Notes under the pieces: model-generated | The model's input: only the letters and a program-made list of their open reading frames with translations | Database searches by the model: none | What the model was told of the DNA's origin: nothing | Made by a program: the position numbers and the translations under genes | Part shown: positions 51,315 through 63,279 of the stretch, piece after piece | Layout of the letters: each line of letters opens with the position of its first letter | Numbering within the stretch: the stretch's first letter is position 1 | From: Lama guanicoe | Lineage: Eukaryota | Assembly (NCBI GenBank): GCA_013239625.1 | Contig: MU056000.1 | Location: 15,094,851 to 15,158,850, forward strand | Length of the DNA: 64,000 nucleotides | Reading direction: 5' to 3'

Positions 51315-52172
51315 GGTTATGGGCAGAATTGTGCCTTCCCAAAATTGATGTATTGAACTCCTAACCCCTGGTACCTCAAAACGTAACTGGGATGGTCCGT
51401 TTTGCTTGTCAACTTGACTAGGCTAAGAGACGCTCCCAAGGCTGGTAAAACATGATCTCTGAGTGTGTCTGTGTGTGCCTATGTCCAGAGGAGATCAGCA
51501 CTTGGATCGGTGAGGTGACTAATGATCGTCATCTCACCAACACATGCAGGCACCATCCAGTCCACTGAGGGCCTGAACAGAGCAAGAAGGTGGAGGAAAG
51601 GTGCCTTTGCTCTCTGTACGAGCAGGGAGACCAGTCTTCTTCCGCCTTCAACGTCAGTGCTCCTGGGTGTTGTGCCTTCAAACTCAGACTAAATTATACA
51701 CCAGTGTTCCTGGGTCAAGCTCGTAGACGGCAGCTCATGGGGCTTCTCAGCCTCCATAATCACGATAAGCCAATCCTCCTTCATTACCTCTTCTGTAAAT
51801 TTATATTTATACATATAAGCCTGTTGGTTTGGCTTATCTGGAGAACCCTGACTATTACAGTAACCCTATTTGGAGATCAGGTCTTTAAAGAGGGAATTAA
51901 GTTAAAATGAAGCCATTGATGTGGGGCCCAATCCCAGTATGACTGGTGTCCTAAAACAAGAGAAAGGCACCAGGAGGTGTACATCCAGGGTAGACCGTGG
52001 GAAGAGACAAGAGGGCTGCCATCTGCAAGCCAAGGAGAGAGGCTTCAAAGAGCCCAAACCTGCTGGCATCTTGATCTTTCACTTCCAGTTTCCAAAACTG
52101 TGAAAAAATAAGTTTCTGTTCTTTAAGCGACTCTGTGGCATTCTGTTAGGAAAGCCCTAGCAAAGTACTGAA
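51315..52172 (+). mobile_element. MLT1B-like LTR split by an MLT2 insertion
   Basis: gttatgggcagaattgtg...cctaacccctggtacctca | tatttggagatcaggtctttaaagag...gcaagccaaggagagagg...gccctagcaaa. Confidence 0.9.
51388..51859 (+). mobile_element. ERVL solo LTR (MLT2B/D-like)
   Basis: TG...CA termini (tgggatgg...tgtcaacttgactaggcta...ctggagaaccctgactattaca); perfect 5-bp TSD gtaac at 51383-51387 and 51860-51864. Confidence 0.95.
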
Positions 52173-52281
52173 CTCACTAGTGGAGGTGAAGTTACTTGAG
52201 GGGGGTTTCCTTCTCCTATGAACATGATACTGGACTAAGAACATACTAAACATACTCGTTGATTCAATTCTGTGCCAGAGG

Positions 52282-52465
52282 CAGAGTTCTCCAGGGGTGA
52301 ACTCCAGACCAGCATCATCAGCACGACCTGGAAACTTTTTAGAAATGCACATTTTTGAGCCCCAAAGCTCTGCTGAAACAGAGACTCTGGGGATGGGATA
52401 ACAGCAGTCCATTTCAGCAAGCCCTGCAGGTGATCTGATTCCCATTAAAGCTGGGGAACAAGTAT
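52282..52465. mobile_element. MER5A-like hAT-Charlie MITE
   Basis: cagagttctcc...gaccagcatcatcagcacgacctggaaac...tagaaatgcac...caagccctgcaggtgatctga. Confidence 0.85.
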
Positions 52466-54510
52466 TTCAGATGTACTGAACTAGAGACCAGGCAGGTGAC
52501 ATTCATGAGTGATGCAGCCCAGGCGTTAAGTCAACAGGACATTTCCGGCATCGTGGCAAACTAGAGAAGGCACACGTCTCCACTGGGGTCACGGCCAGCC
52601 GATCCAGCTTGTTAAGTGGAACGGTCTTTATTTTTTTATAAGGTAAGCAAGCCGAAGAGATTTGCAGATGGATAGTTCATAAATTTTATATGTCAGTAGC
52701 CGATTCTAATATGTGTTGGCCAACCAAATTAAACATATTTGCAGGACAGTTCCTTTCTGTATAAGCTCTAATTAATAATAAGGGAGTTTGGAGGAGGGCA
52801 GTGTAAGAGAGGTTTTATTTCCTTTTATATGTGTCAGATTTCTTGCTACTAGATTCAAAGAGAAGGAAATGAAATTGACGAAAATAGCAATTTTTTTGGT
52901 CTTCGTGGTGATTTTTATATATGTTGGACTAGAGACTTTAATTCACTGTATGTATATAACTCCTCGCTCTGAAGATCTCCAGTTTTAGAATCTGTGCTGT
53001 TCTTTGTTCAGTGTTATCATCCCAGGGCAGGGTTTGGATTTTGGTTCACTTACAGACACGGCAGGCATCTCTGTAACAGCATCTCTCGGGTGGACGGAGG
53101 TCTGTTTTCAGAGCCCTTGCTGCACTGAGATGAACTCCCACTGCCATCTGTGACTTGGGTGTGGGGATTTAAAGATGGAGATGTGCTGACCAGGACAGTT
53201 TCCTCTTCACTGACCATCTGCCACAGGTGCTGGAAACAGTGCCGTAGTGTTTAATCTTCAGATGAAAGGTTGAATTAGCTGCCATGAATGTCTTACTAAA
53301 TTGTCATTTGAATGCTACTTTCTCTGGCAGAACCTAACTTAGTTGTTTGACTGCTTTTGTTTGCTTCTGTAAGGGTTTTGTTTTGTTGGTTTGTTTGGTT
53401 TGTTTGTTTTGCACCATTTACAAATGAATAGAGAAAGGAAAAAAATCAACATTTTATTAAGTCCTTGATGGTTATAAAGTAGAAACATTTGCAAGTATCG
53501 TAAACAGCTGGCCTCTTCCTCTGTCCTCTGCCCCCATCACCACCCCAATTCCCACCCCAGGACGATAGCTGAGAGCTGAAGGATGATGTTTTCTGCCAGC
53601 AGCTCTGCCAGAAACAGTGATGATTATGGGGAGAACATGAAATGAAGTCATTTCAAATAAAGGATAAAAAGTACAAGTTATCAACTAAAGCTATAAAAAT
53701 AATTAACAGAACCCTACGTATTTAAGCTAGAAGGATTTAAACATGACAATTTACTGAAATCAATGAAATCATATACCCATCTCTTCATTTTGAGAAAACG
53801 CGTTTTATTTTATAATCTGAGTGATTGATTATATTTGGAAACATAATTGTATTTAACAACAATCTTAAATTAATTAAAGTAGACATAGGGAAAGGAATTG
53901 TGATCTTTATTATAAAGATGTAAATATTAGCTTAGAGAGGCTACATCTCAGATCAAAATAAGATAGGGTTAGAATTCAAACTCTATCCTGTCTCAATCCA
54001 AATATTAAAAATTCTGCTACTAATAATAGCCCTTTTCCACATAATTAACTCATACTGTTCTTAACACACAAATCCCACAAGTCAGATAACTTTGGATCAA
54101 CTATAAATTTATTAACTCATTAATTCATCAGCAGACCCAAGACTCTATAGGGTATTCTGCTGTAAACAGTTCTCAACTGATTAGAAGGGAAATCACCCTT
54201 CTTTGAATGGTTGATCATTTCTCCCCTCTTCCAAATTCCAACATTCTTTTTTAACTACAGCACCTTCCCCTTATTTTCTTGACAGCTCTCAGACTTGGTT
54301 GTTAGATGTTCTGTTTTATTTTCAGCAGATTTATTATTGTATATGAGGGTGAGGGTAAGCTTTAACATCCTGAGCATGTAGGAAATGAGACAGAAACCAG
54401 TCCCTCGATTTAACAGAACCTCATACTGTAACTTCTACAACAAAATCAAACCCTCTGCTCTGAAGTTTGACAGCATGTTTTCCGTGGATTTTTGTCTTTT
54501 AAGAAATTAC

Positions 54511-54588
54511 CTTTCTATGACGTTTGCTGTATTTTCAGTTTCTGTTATTCTCGCAACATCTGTTAACTGGAGTTCAACATGTGCCAAC
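54511..54588 (-). other. Candidate spliced exon (78 nt, phase 2-2), host transcript unknown
   Basis: Acceptor ttcttctttttcag|GTTGGC, donor GAAAG|gtaatt; only one open frame, LAHVELQLTDVARITETENTANVIE. Confidence 0.35.
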
Positions 54589-54651
54589 CTGAAAAAGAAG
54601 AATCAATCCAGTTGGATTCCCAAGAGACTTGAAAATTGGAGAAGGCAATTT

Positions 54652-54743
54652 TTATATATGTATTATATATATATATATTATATATATATATATAAGCTTA
54701 CATATATATGTATGTATATGTATATATATATACATATATATAT
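54652..54743. repeat. Compound (TA)n/(TATG)n microsatellite
   Basis: Direct reading. Confidence 0.95.
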
Positions 54744-56900
54744 GATATCGTGCTATATGGTTAAAGGAAACATCCCTATTCTGTTTCAGATCAAACTTCA
54801 AAGAATTAGGTATTTTGTAGTCAAAGATCAGACCTGCGTCTACACAGACATTCAGTGAAGCTTCATAAAGATGTGCACCTCCTCTAAAATGGCCCCAGTG
54901 TTCTCTGAAAGAAAAGAAAAATGAAATCAGCTTGTGACATAATACAGTAACTACAATAGATACCTGTTTCCTCACAACTCTTTTTTGGACAAATTTCCAT
55001 CCAGATACAAGACAGAACTATATAATCAAAGTAACTGATTTTAAAGCTTTTGGGGCACCCTACTGCAAATTAATCTCAAGGAAAAGAATCTCTACCCCTG
55101 CATTCACTTCTCAAGAAGGTAAATTCTGTTTAGGTCAAGCCTACTTTTAAAGCAAATAAGCAGCATTTTGTTCTATGTCTTTTTCATGTTTATGTTTATG
55201 TAATGATGTGACATAGTGTTCGTTGGACTGAAACTTGAAGACAGACTACCTGATCTCCCAACCGAAATTCACATAGGAGATTCTCATTGTGACTGTGATA
55301 TGGATTTCTTGGCACTTTCAATGGTATGAAATTGGTTGCTTTACCTGCATTCAACTGGAATGAAATTGTTTCAGTTATAATGAGATGCTGTGACCAAAAA
55401 CAAAAACAAAAACAAAACACTTCATATTATAGGTTAGGCTAACTATACTACTGATCAAAATATACTGCTTCCAGAAACTACGGATTGACCCTCCTTAATC
55501 CCATCTGCTTTTATAAACTGACATTTGAAAAATGCCTAAAGTTATCGTCATCAGATCTAAACCAATCATTAGATCAGATTTCACACAGATTGCATCAACA
55601 GTAAAATCTTAACTGTGCTATCTGCCTACAGTGTTTCTGAGCCCTCATTACTCTTCACTCATGACTGTAATTTCCGTCTTTACTATTTTCCTTCCAACAT
55701 CGGCAAAAAAAACACAAGAATTCTACAGTCTTAAGTTAATTTTTTTTTAAAAAATCCTATAAGGGCATGTTTGTGTATATCAGAGAGAAAGTATGTAACA
55801 CAGTGTGACAGTCTCTAATGATGTGATGATCTGGGGGGAACCATCAGTGGATGCAACCTTATTTGTAATCCTTGGTGCTTTTTAAGTCCATGGAGGGGAT
55901 CATCACATGGGAATGTACCCCTATACTCATTATCCTCCCTACCTTCTATCCTCTTTTAGGTCAATCTCACTTACACACCATTCTCATTCCCAGATCCCTC
56001 CATTAAGTTAGGAAAATAAAAATGAGGACCTCGTCTGCTGTCTCCTATTTTCACTAGATTTCTTACTAATATTGGGATAATTACGTGAATATAGCCCAAA
56101 AAGGAAAACTGGACCTTGTTTTCTGTCTCCACAATACTGCAGGATGCATCAGGACTTTCCATTGCTGAGACAGAAGAACTCTGAAGAGGAAATCAGCCTC
56201 TGTAATCAGCAGACTCACATGCTATATAGTCTAAACTTTTTATGTCTCAAGCAACAAAAAGGTCCCTTTATTTCACTTTCCCAGACATAGCGGTAATTGA
56301 ATAGATCTTCAATGTTTAATCCTCGGGGAAAAAAAGAATACTTTCAAGTAGCATATATGGGCTTTTTATGAACAAAATCTGTGATCTTCAAATATAGATT
56401 TTCAGTATTCCTTTAAGCAATCTTTTTGAAGTTCACCAATTTATGACTATTCTGACTTCTCTCTTCTCCTTCAGGTCATGAAGTTTCATCTTTCTAAATT
56501 AAGGGTCACCAGAGAACACTCATCAGTTCTTAGAAAGGGTTTATGGTTTACTCATGTAGAAAAGAAGTACCTAGATTTTGATGTTTTAAGAAGTTATGTG
56601 GCAACCTGAACCTCTAGCTTCTCTCAGTGGAGTCATTATAAAAGGCAAATTCAAATTTACAAATTGTGAGCCTTAGCCTTTTGTCCCCACAATTCCTCGC
56701 ACCCACTTCTCTGCCGAGAAAATGGCCTAGGAGACACAGAACCTTCTCCTTCTTATGGGAGTCTCTCTTACATCCAGGAAACAAAACCAAGGTGGAAACA
56801 CTGCCTACTGTTTTGGTAGTAGCTTAGTACATTCACCTCCATTTCATCCATTTATTTTGATCAGCCTCACTCCCTGTTCAAAATACTGGCTTTACCAGAT

Positions 56901-57275
56901 GTGTTGGTCCTTTGAGGTACTAATTGAGCTGAACTAGTCCCCAGTACCACCAAACATTGATCTTGGTTTTTCTGTGAGCGTATTTTGCAGATATGATTAA
57001 ATTAAATTAAATTCAAATATATAATCATTAATTTTAAGAAAGGAAGACTATGCTGCATAATTCAGATGATCCTGTTTCAGCTAGTTGGAGGGCCTTAAAA
57101 GCAGGTCTGAAGCTTCCCTGATTAAGAAATATTGTCTATGGACGATAGCTTCAGCCTGTGCTCAAGAGTTCTGATCTACCCTCCTGAATATCTGTCCTAC
57201 AAATTTCAGACTTGTCTTGCCAGCCCTGACAGTGGCATAAGCCGGTTTCTTGCAATAGGAAACTAATATGTGTTT
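56901..57275 (+). mobile_element. ERVL LTR (MLT2D/E/F-like)
   Basis: gtattttgcagatatgattaa...ggccttaaaagcag...gcttcagcctgtgctcaagagtt...atttcagacttg...aagccggtttcttgcaata. Confidence 0.85.
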
Positions 57276-57400
57276 TGTTTGTTTGTTTGTTTTTTAATAA
57301 AAGAAACAGCATTATAATCAACAGGATGAAATCTCTTTTCTTTATAGGGCTTAAAGTATAGCAGTAGAGAAAATATTAAACACCCTTTGCTACCCACACT

Positions 57401-57842
57401 TCTATTAGTTGTCTCTTACTGTTTTAACAGATTACCACAGAATTGTGGCTAACACCAACAAAAACTTACAGTCTTTCACTTTTGAAGGTAAGAAGTCCAG
57501 AAATAGGTCTTACTGAGCTAACATCAGGTTTTCCACATGCCTGAGTTTCTTCTGGAGTGTCTAGGAGAAAATCAGTTTGCTTGATGTTTCCAGTTCTTAC
57601 AGGCTTTCTGAGCTCCTTGGCTTGCGGCCCCTTCTTCCATTTTCGAAGCTGGCAGTGTACCATTTTCAAATCTTTCTCTTACTGTGATTCTGTGCCTTAC
57701 TCTTCCTTATGAGGCTGCTTGTGATTATACTGGGTCCATCCAGATAATCTAAGATAGTCTCCCCATTTCAAAGTTAGCTTATTAGCAAACTAAATTCCAT
57801 CTGCTACCTTAACTCCCCTTTACCATAAAACCTACTGCATTT
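57401..57842 (-). mobile_element. MaLR LTR (MLT1D-like)
   Basis: taacagattaccaca...ctaggagaaaatc...ccttggcttgcggccccttc...gtgattatactgggtccatccagataatc. Confidence 0.9.
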
Positions 57843-57849
57843 GAAGCTT

Positions 57850-58675
57850 CTTTTCTATGAATTAAGAATTCAGATAGGGAAGAGCAGAATGGCTTGTGTC
57901 CCTCTACAGTGGCTGAGTCCTTGATGGGGAGAGCTGGAATGGCCGTGAGCAGCTGGGATGACTCAACTGGTGTTTTATGTCCGAGACTTAGTTCTCACGG
58001 CTGACTAGGTCCTCTGCTCTCCTACATGTCACACTTCTGTCTAGCTTTCTTAAACTTCCTCACAACACAGTAGTCTTGGGAAAGTAGGATTTTCTATGTG
58101 GTGAATGGCGTTCTCCAGATCTAATGCAGAAACTGCCAGGCTTCTTATTTTTAAACTTAAGTTACTGGATCTGAAACAACATTGTTTAACAGTGCAAACT
58201 TCCAAGTAGTGTGGACAAGTAAGTCCTGGAGATCTAATACATAATATAGTGAATATAAACAATATGGTACTAGGATAATCAAACTTGATAAGACACTAGA
58301 TCTTAATTATTCCCACCACAAAAAGAAATAATAATTATGTGATATGATAGAGCTGCTAACTATCACTACAATGGCAATCAAATTACAAAATAAAACTATA
58401 TCAAATTAACATGCTGTACATTGTAAATTTATATATGTCAAATATATTTCAATTAAAAATAAATAAATGAATATATTAATAAGTAAATAAATAAACTACC
58501 AGACCTGAAATTTTCCTAGCATCACTGTCTTGCATTCTATTAAACAAAGTTCATTACAAGGCGATCTCAAATTTAAGAGGAGGTAAAATAGACTTTTCTT
58601 TGACTAGGGAGAATTGGATTTGCAAACAGGATAGGAAGGAATTGATGGTGGCTGTCTTTGGTCATGTCTATCACA
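57850..58675 (-). mobile_element. MaLR LTR (MLT1H/J-like) split by an L1 insertion
   Basis: cagaatggcttgtgtcc...cttcctcacaaca...agaaactgccagg | gcatcactgtcttgcattctatt...ggaattgatggtggctgtctttgg...ctatcaca. Confidence 0.75.
58177..58492 (+). mobile_element. L1MA9-like 3' end with A-rich tail
   Basis: aagtaagtcctggagatctaatac...agatcttaattattcccaccac...tatcaaattaacatgctgtaca...aataaataaa; decayed 18-bp TSD at 58159-58176 / 58493-58510. Confidence 0.85.
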
Positions 58676-60064
58676 GACTGCTAAACGTACTTATTTGGCC
58701 AATAACTAACCAAAAAGTAAAATTCTTTATATTACCTAGAACTTCTACTAATTCCCTTGAATATCACCTTAAAGCTATTTTAGAAATTATAAAAATATAA
58801 ATATTGTTTTCCCAAAGAGATAACAGTGATGAGTAGATAAAGAAGTTATTTTGCATCATATACTGGGCATCTGGAAATGATATAACACAATCGGAAAAAG
58901 ACACTGGGCAGATTCACTCTGAAGAATTTCTTCAAAGAAAATATTTTGAACAAAATATATACTGCGTTTTATTTAGAAATATATTCTACATATATTCAGT
59001 TGCCAACTTCGTTGGTAAAAATAGTACCTTCAACTCTTCCATCTTTATACAAAAATCAGTGCCATATTGAAATAGTACAAATGTTTTTATTTTCTATAGA
59101 AACTTGTACTTGTGTTAACCTAAACTACATTGATTGATAATCTCTTCAATATTCTTACTGAGAAACATACTAAGGTTTCTTTTTTGTTAATAGAAAAAAT
59201 ATTTTATTTATTTTATAATAGTGTAATCTCTAAATTAAAAAATATATATATATAAATATAAATATATCTATATAATATAAGATATATATATATATCACTT
59301 AGAAAATTGAAATATAAGTCACTTGGCTGAAATAGAAAATAAAGGAGAAAAAGTAAAGTTTCACAAGTGATTCCTCTCCTTGTCTCCTCTCAGGGTTGAA
59401 CATAACATGTATAAAAAGGGACACCTACATCTGATGCTCTCCTGGTTGGTCTCAAATCTACCCTGGCATTTGTTATATGAGCAGTTCATCCATCTGAGTG
59501 TGATTTTATTGTTGAAGGGTATACATTTTTAATGGAATGTTAGTTCTAAGAGTAAGACAACTGCTTAACTAGTGTTTATCTAAAGAAAAAATATTCTAAC
59601 ATAGGAAAAAAGATACATTTTAATAGACATATTAATAACAGCATAGCAATTTCTGTGAGACATAGTCCAAGGAGATTTGAAGAGTGATTTTGACCACTTT
59701 TTATTTATTAGCAAAATTTGGAGGCCAATTCTCATATATGATGCTATTCTGCATAACTATAGTAACTGTGGATTTATAAATTTTAAAATATAACTTTTAA
59801 AACTTTTCTTCTTTTTAATAAAACTTAGATTTTCTTCCAGCTATTACATTTTATTTTTAATTAAACACTTAGTTTTTAATTGCATTAAATATTAAATAAT
59901 AGTATAGGTGATATGAATGTTTCATAGATTTGAAATATGATAATATATTCCCTTGAGAAAGTACAGTTTTAATTTCTGTTCCTGGCATAGAATCTATTTG
60001 AAATTTAATAAATTATTATGAATTCAAAATTGCTTTGATACTGTAAGACAGAACTCATTTATTA

Positions 60065-60460
60065 TGTGAAAATTAATAAGTAGAACCTTGAATTAAAATA
60101 GAACAGGAGGCCAGAAGGGGCTCTCATGCCGTACAGGATAGCAAAACCCAACTGGAAGAAAGACTTCCTCTTTGTGCCTTGCAGACACTCAGCCAATGAG
60201 AGACTGTCACAACTCAGCCAATGAAAAACCACTATACTTTGAACTCTTAATTCCTCCAATGGCTAGAGTACAAAGAGTTCTTTGTTTACCATAGCCCAAT
60301 TGGCTTCCTTTTCCATTGTTTAAAAGAATTCTCCTCTCCTTTTTGGGGGGAACTTGCATGAGGATCGTCATGGTTGCAGATCCAGAATTGCAATTCTCTG
60401 CTGAGCAAACTCCATTTTTGCTGGAGAAATAACTGACACTCAATTTGTTTTAGATTGACA
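60065..60460 (+). mobile_element. ERV1-class solo LTR
   Basis: TG...CA ends (tgtgaaaattaataag...gattgaca); near-perfect 4-bp TSD atta/attg; duplicated actcagccaatga (CCAAT) boxes. Confidence 0.85.
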
Positions 60461-62224
60461 ATTGTTATTCTCTTTTCCAAACATATTTATTTGAAAAGCT
60501 GTAACGTGTTGCTTATTTCCTAAATATTTGTTTCCATGGATTCATAATGTTGAATATAAATGGTGAGCTAAAGGAATTAATAGGGCTTACTGCATAGATA
60601 GAAGATTTTTTAAGTGCATTTTTAAAATCACACAGAGAAATATATAGTTCTCTATTTCTGAAAAGATATTGACATAGGAAATTAGGTTATTTAGATTTTT
60701 ACTTAATTTTAATTTTAAATAATAGGTGAAATTATATAGATGGCTTTATATCTGAACTCAAGGAACATTAGCCAAGTAGGAGATAATTTGTTAAGTGTAA
60801 ACAACTTTTGATAAATTATAAAGATGAAGGATAAACATCCCCAAGTATTAAAACAAAATTTAGCACATAGAAAAGATTTATTTGCATTTACTGAGGATCT
60901 CATGCAGTTGATGAAGAAATACAAAAATACAAAAAGGCCTTTGTCCTGTATTTTTTTGTGTCAATTGAATAACAATGGCACATGAGTTAAAAGTTACCTA
61001 CTCAAAAGCGCAAAGCTTGCTGAGAATATTATAAATTTGATTATACCAAGTTGAGGTGAACACTTTTTTTCAGGAAAGTCATTTTACCATAGCAACCATA
61101 TAATTGTGTGTGAGTGTGTGTGTGTGCACATATGTGTGTTTGAAGAAGGAATGTGCCAAGTGATAAAAGCAATATTTACCATTTTAACTTCTGAAACATA
61201 ATTAGCACTAGGAAATGACAAGCACAACAACTAAACAACAGCATGTGTCTTGCAAGGTGATGTCACTGTTTATATTTGTACCTAGGACTAAAATGTCATC
61301 TATTTTAAAACTAGAACTTTAAAACTACAAATGCTTCTAATTTCAATTTTAATCAGACCAAAAGTTAACATTTGGGACCATAATTAAGTAATAAAATTGA
61401 TGTACAAATCAATACATCAACTTCTCTGCTCAGTTTGGAGTTGACCCCTGAAGCCACATCTACAAAGGCATTGACGGTTTCATACCAAGAGGCATATTCA
61501 AGCTCAAGAGGATGCTGATAAGGTGTTAACAGTTAAACTGCACTTTTCTTGTTGTTTGAAAAGTGCCTGTTCTCCAAAGGAAGACACACTGCTAACGTGG
61601 AAAAGCAAAGATAATGACATTCCAAACTAACACCTATTTTTATAACTTACTCACTCAAAATAGATGAACATTAAAAAGCACCAAGCACATTCAAGATAAG
61701 GGATAAAATTATTTTTTCTGTTTTAAAAGGTTACCATTATAACAAAATCAGTATACTATAACAGTGTCCTTTCTGTTGTATCATTTTACTCATCTCTAGT
61801 ATCTATGAGTATTAAATCTCCACAAATTCAAGAAAAAAAAAGAAAATAAAAAGTTTTGTAAATGGAACTCCTAGAATAAAGGAGACTTACACTATAAAGT
61901 AGAATTAGAACTCCAGTAAAGAGTTTTCTTAGATTTTCCATCAAAGAAAATACATCTTGTGAGATTAGGAATAAATTGCTTTCTATGATGAGTTATACCA
62001 AAATGTTTGATTCAAAAATAATCTGAAGAAATCCAGTTCAGTTATTTAAAACAGACAAGGAAATGCGCAAGGGAAGGAGGCAGAGAACTGTATGAATTTT
62101 TCAGCTCTTTTCTATTATATGATCTCTTAGAATGTGGAATAACGTTATCTATCCATATATTGTCATAAAATAATAAAATTTCAAAACTATCACTGTTTAA
62201 TAGAAATATGGAACTACAGGCAAT

Positions 62225-62590
62225 GGTTTGCATCAATCTCTGGCTGCACTGTGGAAGCTGAACACAGCACTGCAGGCTTGACTTGTGGTAGAGCCAGATC
62301 TGACCTCACAGATCACCCAGTAACAATGTCATAAAGGAAAGCCTATGGGGTAAAGAAATACACAAAGGAACCACTGCAGACCAGGGGAGGTAGAGCCCTT
62401 CTGAAAGGCTGGGTAATTTTTGTCTTAATATGGCGTTTAATGTCTCTACTTTTTCTATACTTGGCAGACTATAAGGACAGTCATTCAGAGGAGAAGGCAA
62501 CCATGCAAAATCATTGATGGGATATGCTTGTGAAAGGAGTCTTTCCCTCACTTGATAGGGTTAGTAGAAACTGAAAACACTTCCCCTCTA
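62225..62590 (-). pseudogene. Decayed endogenous retrovirus pol (integrase core) fragment
   Basis: Minus-strand frames give LSSEGKTPFTSISHQ*FCMV, then CPYSLPSIEKVETLNAILRQKLPSLSEGLYLPWSAVVPL..PHRLS, then TG*SVR...QRLMQ; this parallels class I ERV integrase ISSDRGTHFTG..I..LC, HCPYHPQSSGKVERTNGILK.KL.KL....LPW..VLP, HKLSP.EI.TGRPM. Confidence 0.8.
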
Positions 62591-62635
62591 TTCTATTCTA
62601 ATAATTTTCTCTATAAATGTCCTTTTTCCTGTTGT

Positions 62636-62678
62636 GCTCTCTCTAGCTCTCTTGCTCTCTCTCTCTCTCTCTCTCTCT
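62636..62678. repeat. (CT)n microsatellite
   Basis: Direct reading. Confidence 0.9.
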
Positions 62679-63279
62679 GTCTGCCTCTTCAAGGGACACA
62701 TATTCCAATTATAAGAATTAACTCAACTATCCAGGCAGGCTCAGAGCTCAGAAGTAACAGCCTATCCAAAACCATATTACTTTCTCGTGCCCAAGTTAGG
62801 ACTATCAACACAGAACATAAGATCAGGATTAATTAAAAGGGTATGCCATTTAAGGCAGGTCTGGCTGGACAAGATGAGAGCTGAATCACTTTCAAATATA
62901 TACATTGTGGTACTTCATCCTGAAGGAGAAAAAGAAATCAGGTTAAAAATGAATGCATCTTTGCTGGTCATGTGACATGTAAATTACGGAAGAACTTCAT
63001 AAATAGTAATAGCACAGGTTTAAATATACGGTGTTAACTTGGAGTAATAATGTTTCTATCATATAGGGAACCCATAAGATAATACAAAAACAAACAACAA
63101 CAACAAAAAAGGGGAAATAAATAAGTAAGGCAAGAGCCTCTACTAATTTAGCAATGACTGCAAGTTTTCACTACATGGGCATTCTTTGGTAACCTGGTCC
63201 AAAAAGGATTTTTTTATTGAGTAAAAGGTAAAAGCTTTGCATAATTAGGAGCATTTAGTGTAAGGGTTATTGCAAGTCT

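Noticed and set aside
54385..54858. 157-aa plus-strand ORF
   Set aside because: Runs through the (TA)n tract (YIYIY runs); no recognisable homology
16013..60460. A 44-kb provirus bounded by the two related LTRs
   Set aside because: Opposite orientations, clear divergence, far too long, and the 60 kb copy has its own TSD
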